From: Prasinococcaceae sp. CCMP 1430
Lineage: Eukaryota; Plantae; Prasinodermophyta
Direction: 5' to 3'
Assembly (NCBI GenBank): GCA_013416795.1
Contig: RQSC01000554.1
Span: 1 to 64,000 of the forward strand
Length of the DNA: 64,000 bases
Of this stretch, positions 1 to 9,715 are shown in pieces; position 1 is the first letter of the stretch, and every line of letters starts with the position of its first letter. Under the pieces are notes generated by a model. That model was not told the DNA's origin. It was given only the letters and a program-made list of their open reading frames with translations, and did not search any database. Both the position numbers and the translations under genes were made by a program.

Positions 1-64
1 CACGCGGCTGCGCGCTGACGCCGGCCTGCGCGCCGCCGTTTCTCGCGCCTGCGCGCGCGCGCAG

Positions 65-274
65 GCCAAGGCCATCAAGCACGGCGACAAGCGCCTCGAC
101 CGGCACTCCGCGATGGACGGCCGCGGCGAGAAGAAGGGCGGCGCCGGCGCCCACGCGTGGGGCACCGCGATGGACCAGTCCCCCGCCCTCGACGACCGCG
201 CCGACGACGGCGGCGAGGAGCTCAGGGCGCCCACCGGCGGGCCCACGCTCGGCGACTTCGTCACTGTGAACTGA
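65..274 (+). CDS. Last exon of a small protein with a HABP4/SERBP1(Stm1)/PDCD4-like motif
   Basis: Branch point and AG at 63-64, then an open frame AKAIKHGDKRLDRHSAMDGRGEKKGGAGAHAWG...TVN*. DRHS...GRG.KKGGAG..WG is the conserved motif of these ribosome/RNA-binding proteins. TGTAA follows at 316-320. Confidence 0.6.
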   Translation, partial: AKAIKHGDKRLDRHSAMDGRGEKKGGAGAHAWGTAMDQSPALDDRADDGGEELRAPTGGPTLGDFVTVN

Positions 275-315
275 GCGCCGCTGCCCAGTGCACGCGCACT
301 TACCACCACCGCCTC

Positions 316-320
316 TGTAA
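316..320 (+). promoter_or_regulatory. Chlorophyte-type UGUAA polyadenylation signal
   Basis: TGTAA 42 nt after the stop at 272-274. Confidence 0.55.
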
Positions 321-519
321 AACAAAAGTACACGTACAGCCCCCCACTGCAGGCGGTGCGCGCGAGGGTTCGTGCGGCGCTCGCGTCGATGCTGCATGTG
401 CCTCCTCGCGCGCTGGAGGTCCACGCGCTTCGACCTCTGCCGCGCGCCGCAGCGACGCGCAGCGTGCGTCCGCCCCAACCGCCGCGGCGCGGCGCCGGAT
501 TTTGGACCATACCGCGTCC

Positions 520-1446
520 GGGGGGCCGCGGGTGGAGGCCACGATCCCGCGAGATCTGAGCAATATCTTCACGATGCCCGTCACGCTCGCGCTGTACGGG
601 ACGCCGGGCGATATGTCGTGGGTTGTGGAAAATCTACGGCTGGCTGGCCATGTGTTGCGGAGGGGGGGCGCGGCACTGCCCGGCGGGCCGAGCGGGAGCG
701 GCGCATATGATAGCACCGAGGGCGGCGGCGGGCGCGGCGCCTTGGGCGTCTCGTACGAGTTCAACCCTGCCCGTGCTCAAAGGGAACTGGATGAACTCTT
801 CGACAAGCTGGCTTCTGAGCAGGAGGGCGCATCCACCGACAGTTTCGTCGAGCCCCCGCAACTCACGTCATCCCTTCGAGAGCACCAGAAAAGAGGCGTT
901 GCTTGGATGCTCTCACGCGAGCGGCAGGCCCCGAGCGTCCTGCCGACATTCTTTGAAGAGCGACTAGAGTTGGGCAGGCAGGTTTTTTACAACTCTGTCA
1001 CCAGTACCTCGACCACAGCGCGGCCATCGCCGGTATTTGGAGGTCTCCTCGCAGACGACATGGGCAACGGCAAGACCTTACAAACGCTTGCAGTCATTCT
1101 GTCCAACCCGCCCACAGGTGTGGTCTACGAGTGCCCCTCGGCCACTCTGAGCGAAGCCGCTCAGACTCCTGGTCACGCTGCTGCTATCGCAGACGCGAAG
1201 GGCAGCGAAGAAGATGCCCCTGTGCCCACTGCCACGACTTCGTCGGAGCTGGCTCTTTCGAATTTTGCGCCCGCATTTGCCAGCACATGGCGCGAGATGT
1301 TCTCAGTAGTACGCGAGGTTTGTGGACGAGTGGCATCCGACTCGTGCGACCTTCAGACTGCACTCACGCTGGCGCAACTTCGCACGCTCTGTCAGGTGTC
1401 GGCTGTGTCAAAGTCTGGCAACAAGGACGCTCTGGCCGCGCGCGCG
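520..1446 (+). CDS. Fragment of an HLTF/RAD5-like SNF2 helicase (HIRAN C-terminal end, motif I, SAP domain), truncated at the N join
   Basis: VEATIP..SNIFTMPVTLALYG (HIRAN tail), SLREHQKRGVAWMLSRE, GGLLADDMGNGKTLQTLAVIL (SNF2 motif I), LTLAQLRTLC...KSGNKDALAAR (SAP). The frame ends at the single N at 1447. Confidence 0.8.
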
Positions 1447-1447
1447 N

Positions 1448-1696
1448 GCCGCCGTTTGTCACGATCGTTACCCCTGGCCGCCGCCGAGGCTCGAAGCGAC
1501 CGATGGTTTCCGCCGCGGCGAAGAGTTCGCCGATGTCGTCGATCCTCAGGATGCCCGCGCGGCGCAGAAGCGCGTCCACCACCCGGTCACCGCTCGAAAG
1601 CGCGCCTGTATGGGTAGCGGCGGCCTTAGCGGCCTGAGGATGGCGGCCCGCCTTGATCGCCACGATGGGTTTGAGCCGGGCCGCAGCGCGCGCCGC
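1448..1696 (-). other. Bacterial-type splinter: acyl-CoA synthetase (NDP-forming)/Pat acetyltransferase flavodoxin-like domain
   Basis: Minus-strand translation AARAAARLKPIVAIKAGRHPQAAKAAATHTGALSSGDRVVDALLRRAGILRIDDIGELFAAAETIGRFEPRRRPGVTIVTNGG; no introns; bounded by an N and by the start of the duplicated block. Confidence 0.8.
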
Positions 1697-2132
1697 GGCT
1701 CCGGAGCCGCCCTTCGCAGCTCGGCGGATGGAGCGGCCGCGACCCGCCGCCATTGAGCTGGACGAGGCCGAGGCGCGCGCTGCGCTCATCGGCATAAGCT
1801 CGCAGGACGGCACGCCGCTTGGCGGGGTCGGCACGGGCGCAAAGCAGCAGTGGTCGGAGCCGGTGATGTTCAAGAGGACCGCGGCGATGGCGGTGCCGGA
1901 GCGACCTGTCGAGAGCGCCGTGATGGCCGAGGCGCGCGCCGTGCTCATGGGCATCAGCTCGCAGAACAGCTCGCCGACCGATGGCGGCGCCCAGTGGGGC
2001 CCGCAGGCCGAGGAGAGCGAGGCGAAGCAGCCGGGGACGCCGGGACTGCCCACGCCATCCAGGGAGGACCGCGACAGGGTGCGCGAGGAGTTGCTCGCCG
2101 TGAACCGGCGTGCCGAGGGCGAGGTCCGCTGA
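1673..2132 (+). CDS. Hypothetical protein C-terminal part, duplicate copy
   Basis: Same frame as 5575-6034 with two EARA(A/V)L(I/M)GISSQ motifs. Confidence 0.4.
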
Positions 2133-2748
2133 CGGCGTGCGCGGCAGAGGGGCGAGAGGGCAGCGGCGCGCTCGCGGCGCGCATGCGCTCGCGCACAGCG
2201 CGCGCAACGGACATGGAGGCCAGGCACGCGCGAGCGAGCGCAGCGAGGGCTTGCGTGCCGATGAGCACGGCGAGTCCTCGCGCGCGGCGTCCCGCCACGC
2301 GCGGACCTCGATCGATGGTAGCGAGAGCTGCACGACGTGGCATTGTACGCATATATATTGACGCCACGGCTGCGAGCTTGATACCTCAAGGCTTAGTGTG
2401 AACACTTATTTTGTATATATTTCACTCGGCGGACGCGTCCAGGGCGCGACGCCAGCCGGGCAGGCGCGCCGCGGCTCATGCGCAAGTGATGGCGGCTGCC
2501 TGCATGGCGTGGCCCGCGAGGGCATCGCGCGCGCTGCAAGCCGCGCTCACACGCCATCCCCGCAATCCCCGCAATCCCCCCCCCTCCCTCCCCTGAGCAG
2601 GGGCTGGTGCGCATGCCGCGTGGTCCCAGCGCCGCCGGCGGTATGGCGGGAGGGAACGACGATTCCGAAACGGCGTCCGAAACGTCCGCGCGCCATACGC
2701 GCGACGCGCGCGCCCCAGCGCGGGCGCGATGGCCGCGGGCGCGAGGGC
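1673..2748 (+). repeat. Copy 1 of a 1,076-bp direct duplication (copy 2 at 5575-6650)
   Basis: Identical ORFs offset by exactly 3,902 nt (e.g. 1850..2401 and 5752..6303). The copies diverge after ...gcgcgagggc at 2748/6650. Confidence 0.95.
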
Positions 2749-3220
2749 ACGAACGCCGCCCACGCGTCCGCGCCGCACGCCGCCTTGTCGCCCAGACCGA
2801 CCACGGCGGCGTGGCGCTTGGCGCCCAGACGCACGCTCGCCGATGCGCCCACCGCGCCCTGGTGTGCGCGCGTGCGTGTGCGTGCGTGTGCGTGCGTGCG
2901 TGCGTGCGTCAGCACGCGCGGTGTGCGTGCGTGCGTGCGCGCGCGCGCGGGAGCGCGCGCGAGCGCGATCACGCGGGCGTGTACTCGCGCACCTTGTACT
3001 CGTCCGCCTCGACCAGCTCCTTGAGCGCATCGGCAGCGGGCGCGGCTGCGTCCGGGAGTTCGAGGTCGTCGTACACGGCCGCGATGAGCAGCTCGGGTGT
3101 GCCGGCGTCCGCCGCGGCGGAGACGTCGACCTCGGTCGCGCGCGCGGTGCCCACGGGGCCCGCGGGCGACGCGACCGTGGCGCCCGACGCCGACGCGGGC
3201 GNTCAGCCAACGTGCAGCAC
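2749..3220 (-). CDS. Internal fragment of a leucyl aminopeptidase (M17) N-terminal domain; intron 2859-2992
   Basis: The spliced frame LLIAAVYDDLE...LKELVEADEYK|GAVGASASVRLGAKRHAAVVGLG resembles the plant LAP segment DFTGKPGQSTVLRLPGLGSKRIALIGLG. Phase-0 GTGCGC...CAG intron. Truncated at both ends. Confidence 0.55.
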
Positions 3221-3222
3221 GT

Positions 3223-4471
3223 CATGCCCAGCGTGACGTTCGTCGACGTGGCTGGGCCGGACGGCCAGTCGCTCGGCAGTGGCTACGTGCCCGAGGATCA
3301 AAAATATACTATAACGTACCAGTACAAGAACGTCCAGGCGCTCATCAACCTCTTCGTTGGTCGCCTCGGACTCGTTGGCGCGTTCGACAACGCCGGCAAG
3401 GCAATCGCCGATGCAGCCCGGACGCTGATATCACTGCTGACGAAGCCACTGGGGATACAGGCCGACACCTTCGACAGCCTCGACACGTACGCCGGGCTCT
3501 ACAGCAGGGCGGTGGGCCCGCCGAAGGCACTTGAGGGCGGGTACTGGAACAACGACACGTATTTCGGCACGCAGCGTCTGTCCGGAGTCAACCCCGTGAT
3601 GCTCAAGCGCGTCAAGTCCCTGCAATCTTCCGAGATCGACAGCAACAAGCTACGAGCGGCGTCCGCGGCGCCGGGTTGCGACGGTGCCTCGCTGAAGGCA
3701 CTCGCTGCCAAGGGCGATCTGTACGTCGTCGACTACGCCAAGATCCTCCAGGCTGACACGCCCGTGCCACACAGCTACTGCACGCTCTCCGACGCCGATA
3801 TCTACCGCACTAGGAGGCACCTGCCAACCCCTTTCGTTCTCCTCGAGCACGGCACCGACGACGAGGTGTTCAGCGTGCTGAGGCCGCTGGCTATCGTCAT
3901 CGAGGGCGAGGCCTTCTGGCCGACGATGGGTCGAGGCGAAGAGCCGCACCCTGCGTGGCAGGTGGCAAAGCAGTACGTCCAGGCGGCCGACGGTACCGTC
4001 CACGAGGGACGCAGCCACCTCGGACGCACCCACTTGGTAATCGAGCCCATCGCCGCAGCCTTCGCGCGCAACATGCCGCCGGCGCACCCGCTCTTCCAGC
4101 TCATGGCCGTCCACACTCAGATGATGGTTAGCAAGAACAGGGATGCGGTGTACGCTCTCGCACAGCCCGGGGGCTTCGTCAATGAACTCCTTGGCCCGCC
4201 CGTCATGACCGAGACATACGCCGCAGTGGACGAGTCTGTCGCTACATGGTCCATCAACCAGGTGCGGACGCCGCGCTGCGTCGTTGCTGAGGAACCACCA
4301 CCCTACACTGTGATCTCATTTGTGCACGCGTCACGCATTGCATCAGCACTGACACTCAGCACCACGGTCGGTGCGCGCGCGCGTGCAGTACGCACTGTAC
4401 AATGAGCTGTCCAATCGTGGCTTCGACTGCAAGCACGAGTCTACCGCAGACGCGCACGCCGCGGCCACAGG
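3223..4471 (+). CDS. LOX: Lipoxygenase fragment (exons 3223-4261 and ~4389-4471); N- and C-termini absent
   Basis: YFGTQRLSGVNPVMLKRV, LYVVDY, WQVAKQYVQAAD, and an exact H-x4-H-x4-H-x17-H-x8-H cluster (HEGRSHLGRTH...PAHPLFQLMAVH). GTGCGG donor at 4262; the next exon YALYNELSNRGF resembles the LOX 'DL..RG' region. Confidence 0.9.
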
Positions 4472-5574
4472 GTGCCGAGAGGGGCCCGCCCGCCCCATCC
4501 CGCCGAGGTGTCGGATTGCCGCCTTCCCTGCCCTACTCATCGCTCCCCTGCGCCTCCGCCTCCTCACCGCCCTCTCCGCCCCCTCACCCCCACCCACCCA
4601 CCCACCCACCCGCGCCCCCGACGGCAGAGCGCGCCCGCGCCGCGCCGCGTCGCCCTGCACCACTTTTTTTTTTTTTTTGCGACGCGGACGCGCGCGCGGG
4701 CGGCGCCGCATGCGTTTTGATCATGGAATGGCGGCGCTGCACCCCGCGCGCACAGCGCCAGCCCGCACACAAAAAAACATGCTGCGGCTGTGTGACACAC
4801 GCACACACACGCAGGCACACATACAGTACGTACCATACACGCACACAGTCACAGCACGTGCGCGCGCGCGCGCGCGCGCAGCTGCCTCCGCAAACCCCCG
4901 CCCGGCAGTCGGTGCGGGCACGATTCGGGCAGCGCCGTTTTTCCGTCCCGCGCGGGCCCCATCGGGCACCCCCCCACCTCCGAAGGGCCCAGCCTGCGCC
5001 CAGCGCGCGCCGCGCGCGCCCGCCGGGATCGAATCCCTGCCGCAATCGAATCCCCGCGCGTCTTCGCGACGCCCGCCGAAAAAAAAACACAGCTTCTGTC
5101 GGCGTCGATCGAGCGTCGAGCTGTGTGTCCACTGCCATTCGATCGATCGAGCGCGTGCAGTGCAGTGCAATGCAATGCAGTGCCGCAGTTAAGGTTGTGT
5201 TTTGAGGTTAGAACGAAACCCTCTTCTGACGCGTGCGTTTTGATTAGGCGCGTCGGCGCGGCTCCGAGCCACGAGATGCTCCCATTCAATCAGGGCCCCC
5301 ACAACCCCCACGCGACGGCGGGCGCGGCACGCGCTTTCCGCGGCGTGCGTGCGTTTTGATAGAGAGGTGCGCCCCGGGGGAGAGGGGGGGGGCGGGCGGG
5401 CGGCGGCGCGCGCGCGCGCCGAGGCAAAGCCCCGCGCTCTGACCGCTCTTTCGCGGGCGTCCCGTCCGCGAAACGCATGCCGGAGGGAGGTTCGCGCGCG
5501 GACCGGGAACTCCGGCGGTTGGATTCCTGGCGCCGGGCCGCCCGCGCGCGCGCGGGTGGCGCGGCGCACCNGCC

Positions 5575-6034
5575 GAGCCGGGCCGCAGCGCGCGCCGCGG
5601 CTCCGGAGCCGCCCTTCGCAGCTCGGCGGATGGAGCGGCCGCGACCCGCCGCCATTGAGCTGGACGAGGCCGAGGCGCGCGCTGCGCTCATCGGCATAAG
5701 CTCGCAGGACGGCACGCCGCTTGGCGGGGTCGGCACGGGCGCAAAGCAGCAGTGGTCGGAGCCGGTGATGTTCAAGAGGACCGCGGCGATGGCGGTGCCG
5801 GAGCGACCTGTCGAGAGCGCCGTGATGGCCGAGGCGCGCGCCGTGCTCATGGGCATCAGCTCGCAGAACAGCTCGCCGACCGATGGCGGCGCCCAGTGGG
5901 GCCCGCAGGCCGAGGAGAGCGAGGCGAAGCAGCCGGGGACGCCGGGACTGCCCACGCCATCCAGGGAGGACCGCGACAGGGTGCGCGAGGAGTTGCTCGC
6001 CGTGAACCGGCGTGCCGAGGGCGAGGTCCGCTGA
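5575..6034 (+). CDS. Hypothetical protein (3' part) with internal repeated motif
   Basis: MERPRPAAIELDEAEARAALIGISSQDGTP...AEARAVLMGISSQNSSP...DRVREELLAVNRR...*; AT-rich 3' UTR follows. Confidence 0.5.
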
Positions 6035-6650
6035 CGGCGTGCGCGGCAGAGGGGCGAGAGGGCAGCGGCGCGCTCGCGGCGCGCATGCGCTCGCGCACAG
6101 CGCGCGCAACGGACATGGAGGCCAGGCACGCGCGAGCGAGCGCAGCGAGGGCTTGCGTGCCGATGAGCACGGCGAGTCCTCGCGCGCGGCGTCCCGCCAC
6201 GCGCGGACCTCGATCGATGGTAGCGAGAGCTGCACGACGTGGCATTGTACGCATATATATTGACGCCACGGCTGCGAGCTTGATACCTCAAGGCTTAGTG
6301 TGAACACTTATTTTGTATATATTTCACTCGGCGGACGCGTCCAGGGCGCGACGCCAGCCGGGCAGGCGCGCCGCGGCTCATGCGCAAGTGATGGCGGCTG
6401 CCTGCATGGCGTGGCCCGCGAGGGCATCGCGCGCGCTGCAAGCCGCGCTCACACGCCATCCCCGCAATCCCCGCAATCCCCCCCCCTCCCTCCCCTGAGC
6501 AGGGGCTGGTGCGCATGCCGCGTGGTCCCAGCGCCGCCGGCGGTATGGCGGGAGGGAACGACGATTCCGAAACGGCGTCCGAAACGTCCGCGCGCCATAC
6601 GCGCGACGCGCGCGCCCCAGCGCGGGCGCGATGGCCGCGGGCGCGAGGGC
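5575..6650 (+). repeat. Copy 2 of the 1,076-bp duplication (contiguous with RMC1, probably the genuine locus)
   Basis: Begins 4 nt after the single N at 5571 and runs into the RMC1 start codon. Confidence 0.95.
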
Positions 6651-8673
6651 GGCCTCCGCGCCCGTCTGCCACGTCCGGCTGGCGCCGATCCTGCGCCTGC
6701 CGCAGCGCGCGGGCGAAGGCGCGGGCGCGGGCGGCAGCCACGGCGGCGGCAGGGCGGTGTTCTACGACGACTGCGCGCGATGCCTCATCGCGGTGGAGGG
6801 CTCGCAGCTGAGCATCTACGACGCCGTCGCGGACGTCGGCGCGAGGGGTGGCGACGGGGCGGTCGTCGAGGAGGGAGGCGGGGTGGGCGGCATCGATGGA
6901 GAGACGCAGCCGAGCAGCGTGATGTTCGTCAACGCGGGGCCGGTGCTCGGCGCGTGCTTGCGTTCGGACCGCGGTGTGCTCGCGCTGCGCCGCAGCGCGA
7001 ACGAGGTGGAGTTCATCGACCGGGCCGTCGGCGCTGGCGGCGGCTCGGGCGCAGGTGGCGCCCGCGCGCTCCCGCCGTCGTCCCCGGCGCAGGTCGCGGC
7101 CGGCAGCAGGCCGCAGTCCCCTGCGGCTGCCGCCGCGCGCCACCGCGAGTTCTGGCAGCGCACGTCGAGGCCCGGCGCGGCCATTCTGGCCATGTTCTGG
7201 TGCGAGGGATGCCCGGAGGCGGACATGGTGTTTGCCACCACCGCGGGGTTGGAGCTCTATCGGCTCGAGGGCGAGGTGGGCAGCGCGGCTCGGAGCATGC
7301 GGCTGGTGTCCACGAAGAGGCACGTGGGCACGCAGCTGGCGGCGTACACGCACGCGTCGCGGCTCGCGCTGCTCGGCAAGGGCCGGCGCATGAGCGGCTA
7401 CCAGTTCACGGCGCAGGGCCTCGCCAGGGTGCCCTCCTTCGACCTCCTCGACGATGGCGATGGCGACGCAGGCCACGGCGACGCGCGCCCCCCCGCGCAG
7501 GTCGAGATCGTGACCGCCTATGGGCGGGTGTACTGCGCGCACCACACGCCGCGCTCCTTGACGCTCCACCGCTTCTACCGCGACGCCGTCGAGCCGCAGC
7601 TGCGCCTCGCGCTGCACGCGCCGCTGCGCAGCCTCGTGGCGGCCGACGACGCGCTCGTGCTCGTCTTTGCCGCGCGAGTGGCCATGGTGGTCGATGCGGG
7701 CTCGGCGCGCTTCGACGCGATCGCCGCGCCGCTGCCGCTGGGCTCGACGGACGGCGCTGCCGAGCGCGATGCGGGGGGCGCCGATGGCGGCGGCGCAGAG
7801 GGTGACGGCCTCCAGATCTGCGCGCCGAACTGCCTCGCGTACTCGGCGCGCACGGGGTGCGCGTACCGGCTCGAGCTCGACCTGGCGGCGCTGGCGGCGT
7901 CCGCCTCGGACAGGGTGGAGGCGGTGGGATTCCTGCAGCGCCGGCAGCACCGGCCGGAGCGCGCGCGCGCCCTCACGCTGCGCATGCTTCGCGCGATGCT
8001 CACGGAGCGCGAGCCGCTCACCGCGGTGGGCGCCGCGCTGGACGTCGTCTGCGCTGCCCACGCGGCGGCTGCGGGCGCCGCGGGGCGCGCCCCGCGGCCG
8101 GCGCGCCACGCGTCCCCGGACGACCTCGTCGCGGAGGTGCTCCTGCCGACCGAAGAGCAGACCCTCGACGCGAACGACCTGCCCTACGTGGCGCACGCGG
8201 CCATCGAGCTCGCGCGGGCCTGCCGCGCCGCCGGTGGCCCCTGCCCCGTCGAGGCGCAGCTGGTGGTGGTGCGCTGCCTGCACAGGGCGAACAGGGAGGA
8301 CGAGCTGTGCGCGCTGGTGCGCTCCGGCGCCTTGGGACGCTCGGCGGAGCTCGGCCGGGCGCTGCTCGGGCTGGGCAGCGAGCGAACCAAGCCGTTGGCG
8401 CTCGACGTGCTCCACGAAACGCGCGCGCGCGGCGACGTGGCCGTGGCGCTGGTCGCCGCCGGCGAGGCGCCCTCGGCGCTCCGGTACGTGCGCGAGCATC
8501 GCGTCGAAGCCGTCACGCCAGCCTCCTTTCTGGAGACGTCGGCCGCGAACGGCGGCAGCGCGCTCGCGTCGGCCGTGAAGTTCTGTCGGGCGCACGTGCC
8601 GGCCTTCGAGCAGCGGGAGGAGCTCGCGGCGTGGCGAGAGAGGTTCGACGGGCTGTCGGTCGACGACGGCTAA
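6631..8673 (+). CDS. RMC1: Regulator of MON1-CCZ1 (Mic1/C18orf8) homolog, 680 aa
   Basis: Single ORF with an N-terminal propeller-like region (LALRRSANEVEF, ILAMFW, VFATTAGLELY, YTHASRLALL, TAYGRVYC) and a C-terminal Mic1 region (LALDVL...VALVAAGEAPSALRYVR). Confidence 0.75.
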   Translation: MAAGARAASAPVCHVRLAPILRLPQRAGEGAGAGGSHGGGRAVFYDDCARCLIAVEGSQLSIYDAVADVGARGGDGAVVEEGGGVGGIDGETQPSSVMFVNAGPVLGACLRSDRGVLALRRSANEVEFIDRAVGAGGGSGAGGARALPPSSPAQVAAGSRPQSPAAAAARHREFWQRTSRPGAAILAMFWCEGCPEADMVFATTAGLELYRLEGEVGSAARSMRLVSTKRHVGTQLAAYTHASRLALLGKGRRMSGYQFTAQGLARVPSFDLLDDGDGDAGHGDARPPAQVEIVTAYGRVYCAHHTPRSLTLHRFYRDAVEPQLRLALHAPLRSLVAADDALVLVFAARVAMVVDAGSARFDAIAAPLPLGSTDGAAERDAGGADGGGAEGDGLQICAPNCLAYSARTGCAYRLELDLAALAASASDRVEAVGFLQRRQHRPERARALTLRMLRAMLTEREPLTAVGAALDVVCAAHAAAAGAAGRAPRPARHASPDDLVAEVLLPTEEQTLDANDLPYVAHAAIELARACRAAGGPCPVEAQLVVVRCLHRANREDELCALVRSGALGRSAELGRALLGLGSERTKPLALDVLHETRARGDVAVALVAAGEAPSALRYVREHRVEAVTPASFLETSAANGGSALASAVKFCRAHVPAFEQREELAAWRERFDGLSVDDG

Positions 8674-8750
8674 CCGAGGGCGAGTCACCCCCCTCGGCCA
8701 GCCGCGCTCCATCGGGCCCACGCGACCGCGTCTCCATTGTGTACATCTAC

Positions 8751-8764
8751 TGTAATGCCTTACA
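8751..8764. promoter_or_regulatory. Back-to-back UGUAA poly(A) signals for the convergent RMC1 and LysM genes
   Basis: TGTAA at 8751-8755 (+) and TTACA at 8760-8764 (TGTAA on -). Confidence 0.5.
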
Positions 8765-8974
8765 TAAAAAAATCTACGTTGTACAGGGACGCGCGAGCGC
8801 GCACGCGCGCGCGCGCGCGCGGGCGCTGCGCGATGCGCGGGCGCGCCGGCCCACCGCCCTCGCGTGGCGGCCGCGCCGCCCTCGGCTGGCCTCGTCTCGC
8901 GGCGCCGAATGTGCGCTATACGGACGGCGCCTGTGGCGGGCGTGTCCCACCGGGCCGCGCGAGCACGCTTCGAG

Positions 8975-9676
8975 CTACGCGGACACCGAGTCGGCGTCGT
9001 CCCCACCCTGGCCCTCGCTGGCGACCCCGCCGCTCTTCGGCTTGTGCAGGGGCACGTGCAATCGCCAGTCGGGGTTCAGCGAGGAGAAGGGTATTTGCGC
9101 GAGGCCCTGCGCGCCCGCCGCCGCCATCGCGATGCCGCCCACGCCGCCGTCGTCTGTGACCTCGACCGTCCCCGACGCCGCGCTCGCGCGCTGCGCGTGG
9201 TGCGTCGGGAAGGGCTCGCGCACCACCGCGGAGGGCCGCCTCCGCCGCTGCCCGCCGCCCGAGTCCCCGTCGCTGCCGTCGGCGTTGGCCCACCGCCCGC
9301 GCCGCCTCTTCTCCTGGCCGTCGAGCTCGGTGCTCGTCTTGCGCCAATAGCGCCCCGTCTTGAACGCTCGGCCCCAGCCGGGCCCGCCGTTGTGCGTGCG
9401 CGCGAGGTGCTCCATGTCGCCGAACTGGAGCGCCCACGGGCAGTAGCGCAGCCAGTAGCGCAGCGCCGTCTCCTCGGCGTGCGGGATCTCCTCCACGGCG
9501 TCGTAGCGCGGCGCCGCCTCGCCGGTCATGCGCGCCACCTCCCACGCGTCGGCGTGGTATTCCTTTTTTTTTTTTTTTGAGAGGGGTGTGGGGGGTTCGC
9601 GAGGGCAGGTCATCGGCGGCGAGGGGGCGTGCGCCTGAGTCAGTCGCGGGCGCACGGACCACGGCGCGAGGTGGCC

Positions 9677-9715
<39 letters not shown>

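Noticed and set aside
1673-2748. Recent biological gene duplication
   Set aside because: The copies appear identical, both lie next to N joins or chimeric junctions, and copy 1 ends a few codons into RMC1, so an assembly artefact is more likely.
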